This document shows positions 26,924 to 29,059 of a DNA stretch of 29,059 nt, in pieces (position 1 is the stretch's first letter; each line of letters begins with the position of its first letter). The notes under the pieces are model-generated. The model saw only the letters and a list, made by a program, of their open reading frames with translations. It was not told the origin of the DNA and searched no databases. The stretch spans positions 1 to 29,059 of the forward strand of contig JBATNB010000342.1 in the NCBI GenBank assembly GCA_049290135.1, in the 5' to 3' direction. The translations under genes and the position numbers were made by a program. Source of the stretch: Rhizobiaceae bacterium (lineage in GTDB: Bacteria > Pseudomonadota > Alphaproteobacteria > Rhizobiales > Rhizobiaceae).

Positions 26924-28216
26924 CTATTCGGAAATGCGGCTGATATCGGCCCCGCAGCGGGTCAGCTTCTCCTCAAGCCGTTCAAAGCCGCGGTCGAGAT
27001 GATAGACCCTGTGCACGGTGGTCGTCCCTTCCGCCGCCAGCCCGGCGATCACCAGCGAAACCGAGGCGCGCAGGTCCGTCGCCATCACTTCGGCGCCCCT
27101 GAGCCGGTCCACGCCGTCGACGATCGCCGTCTGGCCCGACAGGGCGATGCGCGCGCCAAGTCGTGCAAGCTCCTGCACGTGCATGAACCGGTTCTCGAAA
27201 ATCGTCTCGGTGATGTGCGAGCGCCCGGAGGCCCGCGTCATCAACGCCATGAACTGTGCCTGCAGGTCGGTCGGGAAGCCGGGATAGGGCTCGGTCACGA
27301 TGTCAGCCGGCAGGATGCCGCCGCCATTGCGTTTCACCCTGATGCCGGAATTGCCCTCGGTGATCTCCGCGCCGGTCCGGCGCAGCGTGTCGAGCGCGCT
27401 TTCCAGGATATCGGCGCGCGCCCCTTCCAGCAGCACGTCGCCGCCGGTCATGGCCACCGCCATCGCATAGGTCCCGGTTTCGATCCGGTCGGGAATGACC
27501 GCGACGCGGGCGCCGGACAGGTGCGACACGCCGTCGATGCGGATGGTCGAAGTCCCGGCGCCGCTGATGCGCGCGCCCATGGCGTTGAGACAGTCGGCGA
27601 GATTGACGATCTCCGGCTCGCGCGCGGCGTTTTCCAGCACCGTCTCGCCTCGCGCCAGTGCCGCGGCCATTAACAGCACATGCGTGGCGCCGACGGATAC
27701 CTTCGGAAACACGAAGCGGTTGCCGACCAGGCCGCCCTCCGGCGCCTTCGCGTCGACATAGCCGCCGTCGATATCGATCCGGGCGCCGAGCGCGCGCAGC
27801 CCGTCGATGAAGAGGTCGACCGGGCGCGTGCCGATGGCGCAGCCGCCCGGCAGCGAAACCCGCGCCTGCCCCATGCGCGCCAGCAACGGCCCGATCACCC
27901 AGAAGCTCGCCCGCATCTTCGAAACGAGATCGTACGGGGCGGTGGTGTTGACGATGTTGCGGGCGGTGAAATGGATGGTGCGGGTATAGGCGTGGTCCTG
28001 CTTGGCGCGGCGTCCGGTGACCGAATAATCCACGCCATGATTGCCGAGGATGCGGATCAATTGCTCGACATCGGCCAGGTGCGGCACATTCTCCAGCGTC
28101 AGCGTGTCATCGGTCATCAGCGCGGCGATCATCAGCGGCAGCGCCGCGTTCTTCGCGCCCGAAATCGGAATGACCCCGTTGAGCGGGTTGCCGCCTTGTA
28201 TGCGTATGCGATCCAT
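26924..28216 (-). CDS. murA: UDP-N-acetylglucosamine 1-carboxyvinyltransferase
   Basis: [30 protein letters not shown] (active-site Cys present), [48 protein letters not shown]. Confidence 0.98.
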   Translation of the reverse strand: MDRIRIQGGNPLNGVIPISGAKNAALPLMIAALMTDDTLTLENVPHLADVEQLIRILGNHGVDYSVTGRRAKQDHAYTRTIHFTARNIVNTTAPYDLVSKMRASFWVIGPLLARMGQARVSLPGGCAIGTRPVDLFIDGLRALGARIDIDGGYVDAKAPEGGLVGNRFVFPKVSVGATHVLLMAAALARGETVLENAAREPEIVNLADCLNAMGARISGAGTSTIRIDGVSHLSGARVAVIPDRIETGTYAMAVAMTGGDVLLEGARADILESALDTLRRTGAEITEGNSGIRVKRNGGGILPADIVTEPYPGFPTDLQAQFMALMTRASGRSHITETIFENRFMHVQELARLGARIALSGQTAIVDGVDRLRGAEVMATDLRASVSLVIAGLAAEGTTTVHRVYHLDRGFERLEEKLTRCGADISRISE

Positions 28217-28317
28217 CTGGCCCCCCGGCCTGTTGCGGCCTTCAAGCTGCCGGCCGCGCCGGCGAAGGGCTTCGTCTATAGCAAGGATCGGGGCGATTCA
28301 ATGAAAGCGTTCAGGTT

Positions 28318-28494
28318 TCATTTACCCCGGGCCGGCCCTTCCGGTTCGCCGCCGCCGGCGGGGGCCGGCACGGCCTTGTCGCCCGCCTTCTGCTTCCGCC
28401 GCTTCAGGTTCTCGCGCAACTGCCCGGCCAGGCGGGCCTTGCGCGCCGCCTTCACATCGGCGTTTTTCTCCGGTTTCCCGTGATCTTCCGTCAT
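28318..28494 (-). CDS. Small basic hypothetical protein (58 aa), absent from the ORF track
   Basis: ATG 28494 to TGA 28318: MTEDHGKPEKNADVKAARKARLAGQLRENLKRRKQKAGDKAVPAPAGGGEPEGPARGK. GC3-rich codons. The RLA..LR.NL.RRK helix resembles small ORFs I recall upstream of alphaproteobacterial murA. Confidence 0.7.
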   Translation of the reverse strand: MTEDHGKPEKNADVKAARKARLAGQLRENLKRRKQKAGDKAVPAPAGGGEPEGPARGK

Positions 28495-28561
28495 CTTCGC
28501 CGAGCCCCGACGCCGCTTGCGCCCCGTTCCTCCTTATGGCAGAAGGCCTCGCGTTTGAAGG

Positions 28562-28614
<53 letters not shown>

Positions 28615-28636
<22 letters not shown>

Positions 28637-29058
28637 TCCGCCCGATCCCGCATTTTCCCGGCCGCGATGATCCAGTCCGCGATGCGTGCCGGGTCGGGCT
28701 CCAGCCAATGCGTCATGCCGCCGCAATAATCCTGCCAGGCTTCGGCATGGGCGGCGCGGATGCCGACGACCGCGGGGATGTCGCGCTCGATCGCCGCCTC
28801 GATCACGGCGCGAAAGCCGCGCCCTTCGCTTTCCTCTTTGCCGAACCGGTTGACGATCAGGGCATCGACGCCCGATCCGACCTCTTCGATGAGCACGCCG
28901 GCGACGGCCGCGAGCGCCTGCGGATCGACCCGGCAACCGCGCGCCGACCGGCCCAACGCCTGCGAGATCGTCGTCAGCCGGCCATCGCCGAGCGAGGTCA
29001 GCGTCATTGTCGCGCAGCACTCGCCGTCGCCCTCGGTCTCCGCCTGCACGACGCCGGC
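28615..29058 (-). CDS. DUF2478 family protein (5' truncated by window edge)
   Basis: AGVVQ, ISQALG..ARGCRVDP, LIVNRFGKEESEGRGFR, DIPAVVG, W..YCGG motifs. Confidence 0.8.
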
Positions 29059-29059
29059 C

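Noticed and set aside
28529..28536. Perfect Shine-Dalgarno TAAGGAGG on the minus strand
   Set aside because: No start codon at usable spacing (ATG 28494 is 34 nt away). It lies in the probable tRNA-Thr promoter spacer.

Overview
GC-rich alphaproteobacterial (Rhizobiales/Hyphomicrobiales-like) chromosomal window. The left arm has a partial LysR regulator, a stand-alone soxEF/fccAB-type flavocytochrome c sulfide dehydrogenase pair, kdgK, tRNA-Gly(CCC), pyrD, DUF952, an exported protein, a convergent NarL-type response regulator and SLC5-fused hybrid histidine kinase (CrbS/PrlS type), mscL, a PLP aminotransferase, a type I secretion ABC+MFP pair and galE. The right arm is a housekeeping run (tRNA-Phe, yacG, maf, infA, LMW phosphatase, UPF0262, hisD, DUF2948, murA, a 58-aa protein, tRNA-Thr, partial DUF2478). 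Between galE and tRNA-Phe (~16580-22787) lies a decayed genomic island. It has a broken P4-type integrase just downstream of tRNA-Phe, IS5 and IS3 remnants, and as its only recognisable cargo a divergent AraC-family regulator and ~1050-aa repeat-rich autotransporter. Each of these two frames is otherwise open but carries one in-frame stop: TAA in the AraC second HTH and TAG in the autotransporter signal peptide. The ORF track therefore mis-sizes both genes. A 9-bp inverted repeat and a 21-bp-period repeat lie between them, and a 15/17 copy of that motif recurs on the far side of araC. All family assignments are from motif recognition by eye; no database searches were run.
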